DNA from: Negaprion brevirostris
Lineage: Eukaryota
Length of the DNA: 64,000 bases
Direction: 5' to 3'
Assembly: GCA_030324005.1 (NCBI GenBank)
Contig: JARDVH010000084.1
Span: forward strand, 92,135,057 to 92,199,056
A model generated the notes under the pieces. It did not search any database. It was not told where the DNA came from and saw nothing but the letters and a program-made list of their open reading frames with translations. Each line of letters starts with the position of its first letter. Position 1 is the first letter of the stretch. This document shows, one piece after another, positions 24,721-38,849 of the stretch. The translations under genes were made by a program, and so were the position numbers.

Positions 24721-27004
24721 CTAAATTTAAAATAATGACTGCTTGTAAATCATGGTCTGCTAGCAACAATTTGTTTCTCATCTCATGGGTGACAAGTCAA
24801 TCATGGATTCTGGGAATATAACCTTCGACATAATAGCTCCAACATGAAACGTAAATCACATCATCGGAAAGATTTTCAGGATACTTTTATAGCTGATAGC
24901 TCTTTTCATGCCACTGCTAGATGAAAATCTCGATAAATTGCGTTGTGACGTCAACTTTCATGAAGACAATGTTGAACGTTGCATAATATATCCAACAATT
25001 AAAATATTCCACTGACGTCATCCGTGCAAAAAAATCCAAAAAAATCAATGCATGCATTCCCCATATGAATAACTGGAAATACTTATTCATATATCGAAAT
25101 TTAAGAGGAACATTCCGCGTATAAATATTTGGAAATATTCATAGGTATATCGAAATTTACGAGAAACATTTAACAAAAATCTCTATTGTGGATATGTCGC
25201 CATTGTTTTTAAATATGAACCGGTTTCCAGAATTCATGGTGAATGTTACTCGGATACGTGTTCAGTTCCAGCATAATTGCTGGTCGCAGGTAATTCAATT
25301 AATTAAAATAATTCCAATTAGAAATATAAACAAACATAACGATTACAAATTTGCCTCACGGTCCTGCAGAAAAAAGAAGTTTTCCACAATAACATTTGGA
25401 GAGCGATACGACCATTCAATTGACATGAGCAACCAGCATGATTGTCGGGGTCAACAACAAATCAGTAGACTCCCAATTTCCTTTGAAATTGCCTGGTAGA
25501 TCCTGTTGTACGAAAGCACTACAGAAATGCTGGAATAATATATCCCGCCGAACAAAGCCTGAGCAATTGTTTATATAAATATTGTGTATTAGAGTCAAAT
25601 TACCAGACCCTTCTCACATGCCATTCAAACAAATGTATGGATTAACTGCATTAACGAATCTCACCAATCTTATTTTTTGTCCATAATTTATCTGTTGAAA
25701 AAAAACAATGTTTTCTGCCGTGGTGGTCATAGTTGTGCTCAATAACGCAGACATGGTTGAGGATCGTCCTCTGTCAAGGCAGAACATGCAACATCTGCAT
25801 ATGACGTTGTCATATGAGGAACACAATTCGCCTCCTTCATGTTTTCGGCTCCTCTTTGTTTATTGCATTTTTCTGTGCTTCTGGACCCACTGAGTTTTCC
25901 TATCTGTTCTCATTAGCCACAACGCATTCAAATGTTGTAACTCCCGATGTATTGGTGTATTGTTGTACACAGCTCTAGACATGTGAATTTCGTCAGAGAT
26001 GAGTTCGTAGTACACGTGGCCATTGGCTACTCCGCCTTCGACCAGCAGCTGAAAGTAGCTGACAGAGGTTCTGTTGTTTTATCGACGGCCCTGGGTTGGT
26101 TGTATTAGCATGATCTAGGCTCACCGAGTTCTTGATTTAAAAAATGGGAACAGATGTTTCGGAGTTGGAGGTAGGAGCCGTTCATCTAGTTTTCCTGCCC
26201 AAAGTGCTCATCCAGTCCTGGCTGCAATCGGGGAACACACTGAGCGTTGACAAATTCACAATATAAAATTGAACGCTGCAATTGCCCACTCTATTTTACA
26301 AAGCAAAGCGAAGATTGATGCAACCTTTTTTTTTGGTGGGAATGCCATTTTCAAAACGTATTGATCGCTGGTTGCTGCCTATGGACGAGAACTATGTGAC
26401 GTTGTCGACATTTCCAACTTCACACTGGAAATTCGTGCATCAGGATATTTGGCTGCATCGTCGTCGATACCAAATATATCTCTGATACTTATGGTCAAGC
26501 ACGTTCATACATAAATGCGATTTTATTTTTCATTTGACGATGTAGGACTTAACATGAAATATAACGGTCATTGCCACAGCCGAACACTCTGTGATGAGCA
26601 TTTAGCAGATGTTGTCAGAGCTTTTAAATGCACTAGACTGATAACTTCAATTGTGCAAATTTCACTCACTGCAAGTGACAGGAAGGAGTGTAAGAACAAT
26701 ATATTTCAAGGAATGACAATACAGAAGTATAAGACTATTTCATTTATATTGAAGCACTTTGTCGAGCAACGGTTTGTTTTCCCCATCGATGAATTCACTA
26801 AACATCTTTGTTTTTACTACTAAATACTTTTGTGCGATTTTGGACGGGAATATTAAGTTGTCTGTAGTGTTCGTAGCATGTGCGTTGCGGGTGACAATGT
26901 AGTGATGCATTTACTGTAGTTCTTCCAGCTCTGAAAAAAAAACATCTTTTGGCTGCAGTTTTGCAGCTGACATTGGCATAAAAGTAATTATTTTGTTTCA
27001 TTAT

Positions 27005-27505
27005 ACTTTGCAGGGAGACGCTCAGGTGCTTATTGAAATTGCCGTGGTCGTCGTCGCTTCTGCAGGCTTACAGTTGTTCCCTCTCCATAATGGTGCGACA
27101 CTGCCTGCAGCAGAGACGAACAAGTTCGGGAACGGGCTGTTACTCCTGCTTGTGCATTTCAGAAATTATACCATTAGTAACTTGTGTTTCCTGCTTTGCA
27201 AGAGATCCCACTTTTGTTTCAGTTCCTACAGAGTGTGCTTGATAACCAGTTGTGGTGTGATACGGTGGCTTTCTATCATTTCTCCACGGTTTATCGTGTC
27301 CCACCGCCTTGTATAATCATAAGATTTTGTAGTACAATTGTGAAACGTTTCCTCATCATTGGCATCAGATTTCCATCATTGTCCGTGTTTCAAACCAAAT
27401 TTTGCAAGTTAATATACTGCAAAATTGTTCCTTGCTTAGGTAATGAACACTCGAAAGAGACGGAGGCATCATCGGAGCAACGGATGCCCAGTGTAAGAGA
27501 TTTCA
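27005..27505 (-). pseudogene. P2 exon B, RNF213-like
   Basis: YTRRWDTINRGEM...TL*ELKQKWDLLQSRK resembles RNF213 ILQTWDTINLNSF...IYEGQAQLWTDLQYRE (recalled). Confidence 0.75.
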
Positions 27506-27575
27506 TTTCCGTGGACTAGTTCTTGTTTTGTTGCAGATTAACGGTGATGTCTATGTTGTGAAAAAATGTACTTAC

Positions 27576-28449
27576 CAGACTTGGTCTGCAGTAAACCTTT
27601 CCGATCGATCAGGTTGGGAACTTCAATTGAGCGCATGTTTAATGTCCAACTGCCGCAAGCGTTTGTGCAGTTAATGTGCAGAGGATGCAATCTTCATACT
27701 GGGGTCACCATCCATTTCATTGTGCGAGACTTGCATTTTGATGGTGAATTGAATTTACAGCATTTATAAAGTTCTGAACTGTGTATTGACGACGAAATGC
27801 AGAACTTTAAAATTCTGAACTGTGTATCGATGAAGAAACGTACAACTTTGCAGCCTGACGAATACAAGAATCTAATATTTTCTTTGAGCAGCTGTATACA
27901 ACGTTGCTTCAAAGGCGATTGCAAGAAATTACGTCAGCAACTGAAATGGATTCACATACAAATGAAGTACAAATCGCAACACAGGAGGACACATAGTTTA
28001 AAGAGCGGATTAGTACAAATCACTATACTGGTCACACATTGTGTCCTGAATGATGATGCACAGTTCAGAACGTCGTTCTGAGGACTACCATCGACAACTG
28101 AGCAGCGCAAGAATCCACAACACCACTTCACAAAGCAGGGATGAACATTTTCCGATCATTTCGGAACAGGTTTCCTGTTTATAACACCAATATCAGTCTG
28201 GCGTTAAATCGGCGACATCAGAGACCAGTATTTCGACAGCTCTTATTACTCTCCGTTCCGTCAAGTGACGCTCAACACACGGGAACCGACAAACATTGCG
28301 TTCATGACAACATTCCAAGTGGTTCATGAAGAATTTTGTGTCAGAATTATCCACAGACAACATTTTCGAGTTCAAATCAAAGTTAGAATGTGCACGACAA
28401 ATGGCCTATATCACGTAGTCGTGTATCATGTGCACAGAGAAGGAAACAT
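27576..28449 (-). pseudogene. P2 exon A
   Basis: attag|ATGTTTCC (DVSFSVHMI) to LHINCTNACGSWTLNMRSIEVPNLIDRKGLLQTKS G|gtaagt; contains a frame-breaking 41-bp tandem duplication at ~27772-27850. Confidence 0.75.
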
Positions 28450-29096
28450 CTAATGTATTCGGAAAAATCAGGAATCGACATAAATTTTCGTTGACTATGC
28501 TATCAAGCAATACTTAAAATAAAAACATCACGGTGTTAATTAAAGTTAATTCTGGGTTCCGCACAAACAGTTGGTTATTAATATTATTCCATCCTTCCCC
28601 AAAAAATGGATAAACGAATTGTTTCCCACATTTAAGTTAGAATCATTGTTCTTTACATATAATCAGCAGTTAACGGACTGTTGTAGGAGCGAGCCCCCGG
28701 CAGATGAAAGTCAATGCAAATCAGGTGCAAAATCTGCACCATATTTTAAGCGAAACATGGTTAACAGAATTCTGCCTTCCTCGTAGAAAGTCACTGCATA
28801 CCAAAAATTGGATCACAACTTCGAAAGAGTTATGTCGTAGACATTATTATATTCAAGTTGGACATGACTGTCGCTCCCTCCATCTCGCCAAAATAAGTGG
28901 GAATATTCTCCGATTTTTTAACAATGTTCGGTACCAGTTGTATGAACAATTAAATTGGGGAAAACACTGTGTCAACTGAACAAGATCAATCTAGGCAGAT
29001 TATTGACAAGTATTATTTAAAGAGCATAGTATCAGGGAACTATCATATCCAACATCAAATTATCCTGCAAAATGCAATCACTGGCGTGAGAATAAT

Positions 29097-29252
29097 AGTA
29101 AGAGGTCTCACAACACTAGGTTAAAGTCCAACAGGTTTATTTGGTAGCAAAAGTAAGCACTGCCAAATAAACTTGTTGGACTTTAACCTTTGGGTTAAAG
29201 TCTCACTTCTTACTGTATTTACTCCAGTCCAACGGCAGCATCTTCGCATTGT
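29097..29252. repeat. Palindromic shark repeat (Penelope-like MITE)
   Basis: Arms 29118-29147 (aggttaaagtccaacaggtttatttggtag) and 29160-29189 (ctgccaaataaacttgttggactttaacct). Confidence 0.8.
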
Positions 29253-29843
29253 GAGAATAATATACAGGCAAGTCAATGCTCAACACAAATAACAGCCAAT
29301 TTAACTTGATCAGCAATTGAACCGGACGGTCCAATACATGTAATGGGCTCAAGTGCGTGTCAATCGCAAGCAATATGTGGCAATGTTCTCAGCTGCTGTC
29401 TCGCCAAAGATAGTCCAAAATCTGAAGCGCACAACTGAGGATCGTGATGGAAACCACTTGAATTGTTTCATGAATTAAACCCCACACACACTGAAGAGAC
29501 TCAGTAGAATCCACGTGACAACGCATACTATTTGTTCAGATGCCCATCTACTAATGTTAACATGCATATGACAAATTGTAGACTAGCATAGATTTCATCA
29601 ATATGATTTGATGTATGTTGCAACATCAGCAGTGTCCTCTGAGGTAATTAGCTCTGCTCTGACCATGCTCATCAAAAAATGTATTTTTTTTTGCCATCAG
29701 CAACAGTTGCATCTATAATTCCCCCTGCGATATCAATTAATTTGTGTCTCAGGTGGGTTTTAATGATTATGATTTGCTCCAGGTGATTCAGCCAATACTG
29801 AAATGCATAAATATTATATGACTTTGTTGTCTCTCTCTGTTAC

Positions 29844-29873
29844 CTTGCAATGCTTCTTTATGTTTCTGGATTT
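29844..29873 (-). pseudogene. P2 30-nt microexon (EIQKHKEALQ)
   Basis: ttttgctag|AAATCC...CAAG|gtaaca. Confidence 0.85.
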
Positions 29874-31513
29874 CTAGCAAAAACAAATTGCAATATTGTT
29901 AATTATTTAATTTTAATGGAANNNNNNNNNNNNNNNNNNNNNNNNNNNNNNNNNNNNNNNNNNNNNNNNNNNNNNNNNNNNNNNNNNNNNNNNNNNNNNN
30001 NNNNNNNNNNNNNNNNNNNNNACGTCACTGTGCAAATCATAATGATTTTACGCTTTGGGAAAAATGCTTTATTTCTGTATTATACGCTTTTACATTTGAA
30101 TGACTACATCAGTTTACAGTTACATCAGATGATCTGTCAGAAATATGAATAAGGGCATCGGCATTTGCGTTGTTATTCATCAACCTTGGAATTGGAGAAT
30201 CAATGCATACACCAAATCTGAGCTCCGAATGTACGAATTGTTTCACAAAACAAAACAACGTTTCCTTTTTCCTGAAGAAAAATATGAAAGATGCTACAAA
30301 CTGAATTAAGAACAAATGTGCTTGAACTGCGTTGGACCCGCCTAGAAAAAAATAAATCTCTATCTCGCCAGATGCGCTGTTTGATTTGGTTTGCTTTCGA
30401 TAGTGCTGGTCTTAGGTAGAATGTAACGAATGCTTTGTCACACGACACGGCTGTTGAAAGATGGGAAAAATAATGAAGATGCTGACTCATAAATCAAATA
30501 CCTGCATACAAGTCTACAATAGATAGCAGTTACGATAGTAAGTACATTTGGAAATATAGTTCCCAAGTTATGTTCGTCCTGCAGAATGCTACTCATTATA
30601 ATAATCAAAATGTAGACTAAAAGACACAGAATCTTGTTGAAGGTTCAAGTATCAACAGTGAGGGGACATTTTTGTCGAACATATATATGGCGTTTTTTTT
30701 AAATTGCCTGTGGGTAGAATATCGTGGAATTTAATCAACGCTCATATAGGTAAATATTCCACTTCAACACACTGACAAAATATGGACTATGCTGAGAAAG
30801 TACAGTTGAGCAGAAGGTTTAATTAAAGTTGCAATGCATTGCAAAATAGGCTTCGTAGGAAATATGGTCCACACTTCTCTAAAGTAATGTATTTACTGTA
30901 TGCCAGTTACAAAGATTAAATAAATGCATCCAATTCACGCTTGAAAAAAGCAACTTTATGTATTTCTCTGAAGAACAATGTACACCGCTGAAGTAAAGTT
31001 TCTGAAGGTTACAGATTAATTAATTTTATTTCAAGGACAATTTACGAACTCTGGGTTCACTGTTTTAGAAAACTTGAAACAGATTGTTATGATTTTCTGG
31101 AATGATAACAAAACATCCTCTCAACTTTTTTTTTCAAAGGTGAACACGCAAATCTATTTTCTGATGCGTCAACAATGAATACCCCAGTTTTCTAAAATTA
31201 TGAGATCGCCAAAAAGAAAATCACAATGATATTTTACTTCAAGCATGGCGTGACTGAGCAATTGAACTCTTCTTCCCATTGGAAGAAAAATGCGATTTGG
31301 ATAAAGGGCATTAACTTCTGATTGGCATCCCGGTTTGCACTGACATGTTTGAAAGAAAACGTTGGTGAAAACATATCTTTCAAAAAAAAACGTTGTATAT
31401 TAGAACAGCAAAATTGTTTCAATTCCTTGGTAGTCGCTATTTAATCAGGAAAACCACGTTTGCAGAAATCAAGTGAAGTAAATTGTAGAATTATCGTAGA
31501 GTTGCTTTCTTAC

Positions 31514-31540
31514 CTTCGTCTTTTCTGAACGCTGCTTCTT
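31514..31540 (-). pseudogene. P2 27-nt microexon (EEAAFRKDE)
   Basis: cctcgcag|AAGAAG...GAAG|gtaaga. Confidence 0.85.
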
Positions 31541-32367
31541 CTGCGAGGAATTCATGCTCAGATCATGATACAATTAACTTGCATATCTGCATCGAATTAA
31601 TTCGTTTATTGAATGCGTAATGATTCAGTTAATCTCCACCAAATCCCGATGCCTGGCACAAGGATCGATAAGTTGAGTTATAACTGCGTTTGCTTCATTG
31701 GATTTACAAAATCAGATAGATCTGTACTGAGACTTTTTTTTTATAAACTCAGAACTAAATTTGGTGAATACAATGAAACCTGATGTCTAAATCTGCTCAG
31801 GCCTAGAAGTAGCATTCAGGCCAGTTGGTCCGCAGTATCCGTAAGTGGTCTGTATGTGTAATTTACTCAACTCTAGCTTTGCAAAATCAAAGTAAACGTC
31901 CACAAAACATAAATTTGATGGGTCAGTTATCTTCAACATCTCAATTGTACATGAGTGGGAAATGTGCAAAATGCACCTGAAACATTTTTATTTGACCAGC
32001 AGTTAACAACTTAGGCTGGAATTCAGTCTGATGCAATATATTGTCGTTCTGCACCGACGCTATTGTTAATTAAGATTACCATCGCCGGTAATTGCTCAGA
32101 AAGCTACCGAAATTTGTCGTGCCTGCTACAGCTTTCACNNNNNNNNNNNNNNNNNNNNNNNNNNNNNNNNNNNNNNNNNNNNNNNNNNNNNNNNNNNNNN
32201 NNNNNNNNNNNNNNNNNNNNNNNNNNNNNNNNNNNNNNNNNNNNNNNNNNNNNNNNNNNNNNNNNNNNNNNNNNNNNNNNNNNNNNNNNNNNNNNNNNNN
32301 NNNNNNNNNNNNNNNNNNNNNNNNNNNNNNNNNNNNNNNNNNNNNNNNNNNNNNNNNNNNNNNNNNN

Positions 32368-32488
32368 AACACCAGTTTTCAGTCCAACCGATTTATTTGA
32401 TAGTAAATTCTCTAGCTTTTGGGTTAGCCCAACCCGAAAGCCAGTGAATTTACTATCAAATAAATCGGTTGGACTGAAACCTGGTGTT
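32368..32488. repeat. 58-bp inverted repeat with 5-nt loop (same family as 29097-29252)
   Basis: 32368-32425 versus 32431-32488, 4 mismatches, loop agccc. Confidence 0.9.
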
Positions 32489-33995
32489 GTCAGACTTTCT
32501 ACTGCTATTAATTCCTTACAGTTTTTGTTGAACTAAAATTCCACCGTGTCTATGGTGGTATTCGAAAACGTGTCCCTAGAATATCAGCTGAGTTGTTGAG
32601 TTTTGAGTCAAGCAATAATAACACTATGATATCGCTTCCCTGCACATCGTTTTTAACCGATGCAGGAGGGAGTCAGTTTGATGTTTCCATGTAGGTCTCA
32701 AGTGCAGCGGAAGATCTCTGGATGGGTCCTCAATAATCGGAGTGAAACAATTAGAGGGCTGACTCCATCTCACGTTCACGTGCTTCAGCAGCCCACAGGG
32801 CCACGCAGAAAAAAATAATAACTGCAATGCTGTTTAATTTTGTGGAGGTAAAGGATCACATACTGTGCCCGATATACCACCAGCACATGTGGTGACTTTT
32901 TTAAATTCAGTAACAAAGTTCTCAAATTGCCGTCTGCCGATTACCACGAAATGACTCAGAACACACAATTGCATCTATATTTTTGTTTTTGAGCAGTAAA
33001 GCTTCCATTCATTGTGAGACATTCATAAGAATCGAGTTTTGTAGCCATATGCATGATTTAAGTGCCATCAACAATGGCCTAGAATGCCAGTCAGTTGACA
33101 AGCACTGAGTGATTTGCAACAACTGCTGTCAAAGTCAGCCCACTTTGCATTGTATAAATGGATAATCAACCATGCCAAGCCAAGTCGAGCACATGACCGT
33201 TGTATATTTGCATATCTGAGAAAGTTACTTCACACACACGCGCACACCTACAAATCTCGCGTTCACTAGACGAACACAGCTCTCCAACCTTATGACTGAC
33301 CCGCTCACCACAACTACATAACACACCAACCGTATTATAAATTATCACTAATCACCCGTTTGGCCACGTAACTATCTTCTAATTAAAAAAAGTTCAAGAA
33401 TGTATCCACCTTCTTGCCCAACTGCAGACATGCTGCCAACATCAACCACTTTCCAGCTGCGTATTTGACTCATCACATGTCCACCCATAACTCTCAGTCT
33501 CCTCAGTAATCTAAAATAATCTCAAAGTAGCGAGGGCTACTTTGAGACACATCTTGCCAAGTAGCCATCATCCACCTACACAATTCCCCGCTCGCTCACC
33601 TCTGAAATCTAACCAACGCATAAATATACACAGCTACATTTTGTGAGGGGGAATGATGAATGCAGTTTATTACTCCTACATTTGGCATCCGACGGGGATG
33701 AATTATTAAAGGGTATTGAATTGGCTCAATGATAATATAAAAAATGAATTAGGACATCACTGTAATTCACGAACGGTATAATTTGAGCGTTTTGAGAATT
33801 ACATTGCTGTGTCCGAAAACACTCAGTCTGAAATACAAAATCTCGTTAGCACACTAAAGTGTCAGGACACAGCGGAACTATTGGTTTGATGGAGACGTTG
33901 TTAAACAAACGTTCTATATTCTGGAAAGACATCCTTGGCCCCTACTGGGAGCCTCAAAATCTTGTGACATTTGTATTTCTCCACATGTGACTCAT

Positions 33996-34123
33996 TAAAA
34001 AAAAGCTGCAATGCAAGTCGGAGCCATAAACTAACAAACATCAGAAAATAGGTTGCAAGTATACCTAGGTGAAATAGGGAATACATATTGCGTGGGATAA
34101 CAGATGCAGTGCCTCATGAAAAT
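33996..34123 (-). pseudogene. P2 transmembrane exon
   Basis: tgcag| start; LFHLGILATYFLMFVSLWLRLALQLFF aligns with P3 YFVGAIMARYLLIFVQVL; donor decayed to atgagt. Confidence 0.75.
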
Positions 34124-34278
34124 CTGCAGTCAAATGCATCCTTTAGTTTAAATCTACAACAAAAAAATGTTGGAAATCAAACATCGGATTGCCGATGTGT
34201 TTCTCAAAGTACAAACGTCAACGTTTACTTAGGCGGGAACAGTATGACTTTTGAGATATCCTCTGAGATTAAGCTCAC

Positions 34279-34607
34279 CTAACCTGTTGCAATGTAGGAG
34301 CATTATGAACCTGAGCTGCTGAGAGTATTGCAATTATTTAAAATCTCCTGCAGCAAGCTGGAATAATATATAGGATGTTGATAACATAAGAATTGAACGG
34401 CTCTGCAAAAATAAGATGAGCATGTTGTGTTTGCCAACTGTAATTAGTGCAGCAAGCCTGTTCGGCAATGATCTATACGAGTATTCCTGAATTTTGGGCA
34501 TTTGAACACTGGTCACTAGAGTATGAGGGTGGAAAGAAAGCAGAGCTTTCCACGTAGGATGGAGGGAGCAAAGCCCCACGAGACAAACTAGACCATTATG
34601 GAGCAAT
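34279..34607 (-). pseudogene. P2 IgV exon
   Basis: ctctcag|...|gtgagc, 329 nt; GALLP, IQEYSYRSL...ITVGKHNMLIL...AAGDFK resemble the butyrophilin-type QxEYxGRTxL...GxVxL...DxGxY pattern; frameshifted. Confidence 0.65.
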
Positions 34608-35329
34608 CTGAGAGCAACAGCGGACCACTTATGTTAAAACAACCTAATCGTCTTTCTTTTTTCTCTAGAAATGATCGGGGTCTAAACTACACTGACGGAC
34701 AATTATTCAGGTGAAGCTATCCAAGTCGACGAAAATGTGGATAAAAACGCGCAGGGAGACTGCACTCCGGAGTACAAATTTATCCGTTGTACGTTCGCAA
34801 AGATAACAGGAGCCACAGCAACTTATAAAGAAAAACACACAGAAATAGGCAAAATAATGCCTGGCAGGAAGTGGGGCGGCATGCTACGATTTCCAATTGC
34901 AGAGGAAAATGCTTCATCCGTGGCATAACACGGGCAAACCCATTACTGTTGACATATCGCATCATCCTAGGGAAATCCACACTGCGAGCTAATCCTTTTA
35001 GATTTTGCAGGACGGTTCTAACCTAATCAGAAAAATATTACTGCCTGGAAGTCATCAAACAATTCACCGAATGTGTACAAACATTTCATGAACACTACTT
35101 CTAGCCGAAAGTGTAGCTATAATCATCTTTGTGGACCTAATTCCCCAAATGGCTTACCAGTGTAGATAGACTCTGATGAGGGCACACATTAAACTTGTCG
35201 GGAGATCAATTAAGTAAGTGTTNNNNNNNNNNNNNNNNNNNNNNNNNNNNNNNNNNNNNNNNNNNNNNNNNNNNNNNNNNNNNNNNNNNNNNNNNNNNNN
35301 NNNNNNNNNNNNNNNNNNNNNNAAGTAAG

Positions 35330-36720
35330 TGTTTCAGAATAAAAAAAAACTTCCAAAACCATCCACAAACAATGAATCGAACACGGAATACTACACTGTG
35401 TGTTTTTCTCTGAGATGTTAAAGGAAGTCGGGCAGGAAATCATAGCCCGTCTGAGCACTAACTTGCAATATTTTCTGCAGACGGGTGAAGGCCCGGGAGA
35501 CTGGAGAAATGCAAATATGTTTCTGTTGCTTAAAAATGAAACAAAACATTTGTCAAACCCAACTAGGTCAGCTATTTGCACTCCGCTGGTGGACAATTTG
35601 TTGTAATGACTTCTGAGAGACCGGATGAACGTTAGTTAGATGGACATTTATACATCAGGGATAATCATCATGCCGACAATGGGGCAGAGCATAATGTCAT
35701 GATCTTGATCCAAGTTGGCTGAGTAGCAGGAAGCAAAGGGCGACTATCTCTGAATGCCCCTACAAATATAACGTTGTTTCACGTTGTGCTCCGCAGGGCT
35801 TAGTGTTGGGACCACTGCTGCTTGTTTGACATAAATTACGGTTTGGACTTGAATGCCAGCGGTACAGTCAGGAAATTTGCAAACAACTCAAAAAATAAGT
35901 TGCTGTGTAGTGTAGAACATAGAAAATAGGTTTAAGCTCCAAAATAAAAATATATATATACACTTTGGTGATTTAGCCTGAAAAGTAGCAGATAGATTTC
36001 AATTCTGATAATATGAGTCAATGCAGTTCGTGAGGTCAAACTGCAAAAGTGAATATACACAATAAACGGGAATATACTGAGGGGGCTAGATGAAGTGAAA
36101 GGTGTTCGCGTGCTCGTGCACAGGACCCTCAAGCAACAGTGCATGTCGATTAAGTTGCAACCAAAACATATGTAACTTTGCCCTTCGTTGCAAGAGTAGT
36201 GTTGAGATGAGAAAGTTGCATGGAACACTGATGAGGCCACAGCAGGTACACTGTGTGCAGTTCTGACCAGAAGAATTACAGAAAGCATGCAATTTCTGAG
36301 CAGAAATTGCAGACAGATTTCCTTGAACCCACAAAGCTGAAGGGTAACATAATTAGTGTATGCAAGATTGGCATGCGTACAGGCAGTGTATATAGGAGCA
36401 AATAATTTTCCTTGGCAGAGTATACAAAACAAAAACAACGGTTATAAATTCAAGAAGGTAGCAAAAGGGTACAAGTGGACATGAGGAACATATATGCAGA
36501 GTGTACGAACTATCCGGAAATCATTGCCTGAGTTCATGGTGGAGGCAAAGACCATAAAATCATTTCAAAGCAGAACCTGGATTTGCACTGTAAGTACTGT
36601 AAATCAGTTCTATTTGGGTCATTTGGAGGAAGATGGAATTAAGGAGGGTCCGTTCAGATCTGTTGTTTGGCATGGATAAGATGGATGAAGTATTCCCCTT
36701 CTATGCAATGTCATTTCTGT
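35330..36720 (+). mobile_element. Old CR1-type LINE RT and 3' end
   Basis: LQTGEGPGDWRNANMFLLLK; APQGLVLGPLL; LMRPQQVHCVQF. Confidence 0.85.
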
Positions 36721-38503
36721 TGGTCTCTGGCTCATTTGGGCCAGTCCAGAAGGCTGCACGGTAAGTGTAAAATAATGAACATGGTTGATTGCTAATTTGT
36801 ATGCTTTATCTATGGATTTTTAAAGTAGCTAAATGGTTTTATCAAAAAGTGATGGGGGAGTCTATGCAAATTTCTANNNNNNNNNNNNNNNNNNNNNNNN
36901 NNNNNNNNNNNNNNNNNNNNNNNNNNNNNNNNNNNNNNNNNNNNNNNNNNNNNNNNNNNNNNNNNNNNNNNNNNNNCTACAAAGGATTCTAAGTAATCTT
37001 TCACACTTCTCGTAAAATAAGCCACCCACTAACATCCAGACAAGGTCAATTCATAGCGGTACCACAAATTAGAAACTGATGTGGTTAAGCATCTTGCTAT
37101 CAGGGAAATTCATAAGTCTTCAGTGCCCAAATCAGTCGCCAAGGCGCTGGCGACCTTTGGCTTGCTCAATTGCTGAATTAGTAAATAATAGCAACTGGAG
37201 ACTGACAAGCCTCTGAGCAACAGCGGACGGAAAATAGATAAAAATAGCTTTTGGCGGCAGAACGCACAAATAACACTTCCTGTAATAGGCAGTCTGTCCT
37301 ACTGAAAATATGAATTCAACGATATTAGTTTAATATAAATCAAAATACAGTATTTTTTTTAAATGCCTACATATAGCTCAATATATGAATGACATCTGAT
37401 ATGTTCACCTGGAAGAGCCCTGCTTTGGAGTCATCCTTTGGTGTGCAGCTCTCACGACGTGTTGAATCAAATAATTGTTTTATTTCAACACGTGTCTCCT
37501 GTGATTATTGTGCATAAAAACATCTCTGACAAAACTACCCTTACACTATAAATCTCTTACACTCTTGTCATATGAGAACCTCACTTAACACCCTCATATT
37601 ATGCAATCATCAGATTGTATGCTTATTAATGCATCTGCGAACAAAGGCACCCATCTACCGATTTTGGCATCTGTGCAAACAATAAGGCACCTTTTACCTA
37701 TTTAGCCATTCCATCTTCCCTTATCTATCCACCCGTCAGCTCAGCCAGCTCACCAATCTTAATCGCATGCTTGCACTCATGTAGCAACCAGGCACAACAA
37801 TTCCAATTACTTACTTATCCACATACGGGCATGTCTGCATACCTATCTATCTTTCTCATCAGTTTCCCCACCTCACTCAACTCTCCAAATAGAAATCTGC
37901 CTAAAGCCTCCAAAGGCATCCACCTACCCACTGCACAACACCCACCTACCTAAGAGCACACGTTAAACAACCATTCTTCTGGCCTGCCCCCCGAAGTACC
38001 CACATACCTCAGCTTCTACAGAGCTGCAATTCACGCCTACCCATGTACACTATCGATTCTTCAATTCGCACATGAATCACATCACTCCATAAATCAGTTA
38101 TGTCATTGAGAAATAGGGCACAACGCTGTCTTACAATGAAGGAACAAAACTGCATTTCTCGTAAATGTGTCACGTCTGAGCAGAAATCGACTTTGAGAAG
38201 TACGAACTGCAATCAGTATCAATCGGTTCAAACTGTTTGCAAGTTAGAAAGAATTTCTAGCATGAGCACAATTATATTGCCACCTGAATTTCGCAGTGCT
38301 ATTTTCAATTCTTCCAGATCTAAGGAAAAAAAAAACAGAATTTTGTGGCAAATCATATTGTTTGTGCAAGATATTTGTTCAATTTCAAAGTGTGATGTAA
38401 GAATCAGGTATTTTTTAAGGACTCAGGTGTTACAGACGCCTTGCTAAACATGCGTGCCTACACATAATATGAGACGTAATTCCTATGGCTCTGAACATTA
38501 GAT

Positions 38504-38527
38504 GTGTGTGTGTGTGTGTGTGTGTGT
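38504..38527. repeat. (TG)n microsatellite
   Basis: Run of about 12 TG units. Confidence 0.95.
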
Positions 38528-38849
38528 ATGTAGCGATATTGTAAAAATGTGCATTGCATGAAGATAACATTTCCGTTGAATTTGTCAGTGGTTAAAAACT
38601 AGCACATTTCAGTGAAACAGTTTAGTCATACTAACGAGATGGAACAACAGTACGGTAGACAGAAATTGAAAAGACAAACATTACAAAAAAAATCTACATT
38701 TGCTCTTATAAATGTGTCATTGTATTGATATATCGACATGTAATCCACAGTAATGGTAGCTACTAGGCGAATACCAGTTCCAGCACCACCAAGAAAGCCG
38801 AAGGATAATTACTCAGCCGATTAATAAAATTAAAACGCCAGTGATAAAT

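Larger units (their letters stand above)
24270..34870 (-). pseudogene. P2: disabled leader-IgV-TM-microexon-RNF213-N-arm-like receptor gene
   Basis: Leader ~34870-34783, V 34607-34279, TM 34123-33996, 31540-31514, 29873-29844, A 28449-27576, B ~27505-27005, C ~26450-25665, D 25558-25360, E ~25030-24930, 24720-24685, F ~24530-24270; collinear with P1. Confidence 0.8.

Noticed and set aside
25708-26100. Plus-strand GPCR/V1R-like reading (VVVIVVLN...QHLH...LLFVYCIFLCFW)
   Set aside because: It is the antisense of P2 exon C; the minus strand has splice sites and collinear paralogs, and no other 7TM helices are present.
5003-28449. B30.2/PRY-SPRY domain expected after butyrophilin-like exons
   Set aside because: No LDPxTA, YWEVE or GVFLDYE-type motif found in the frames I translated.
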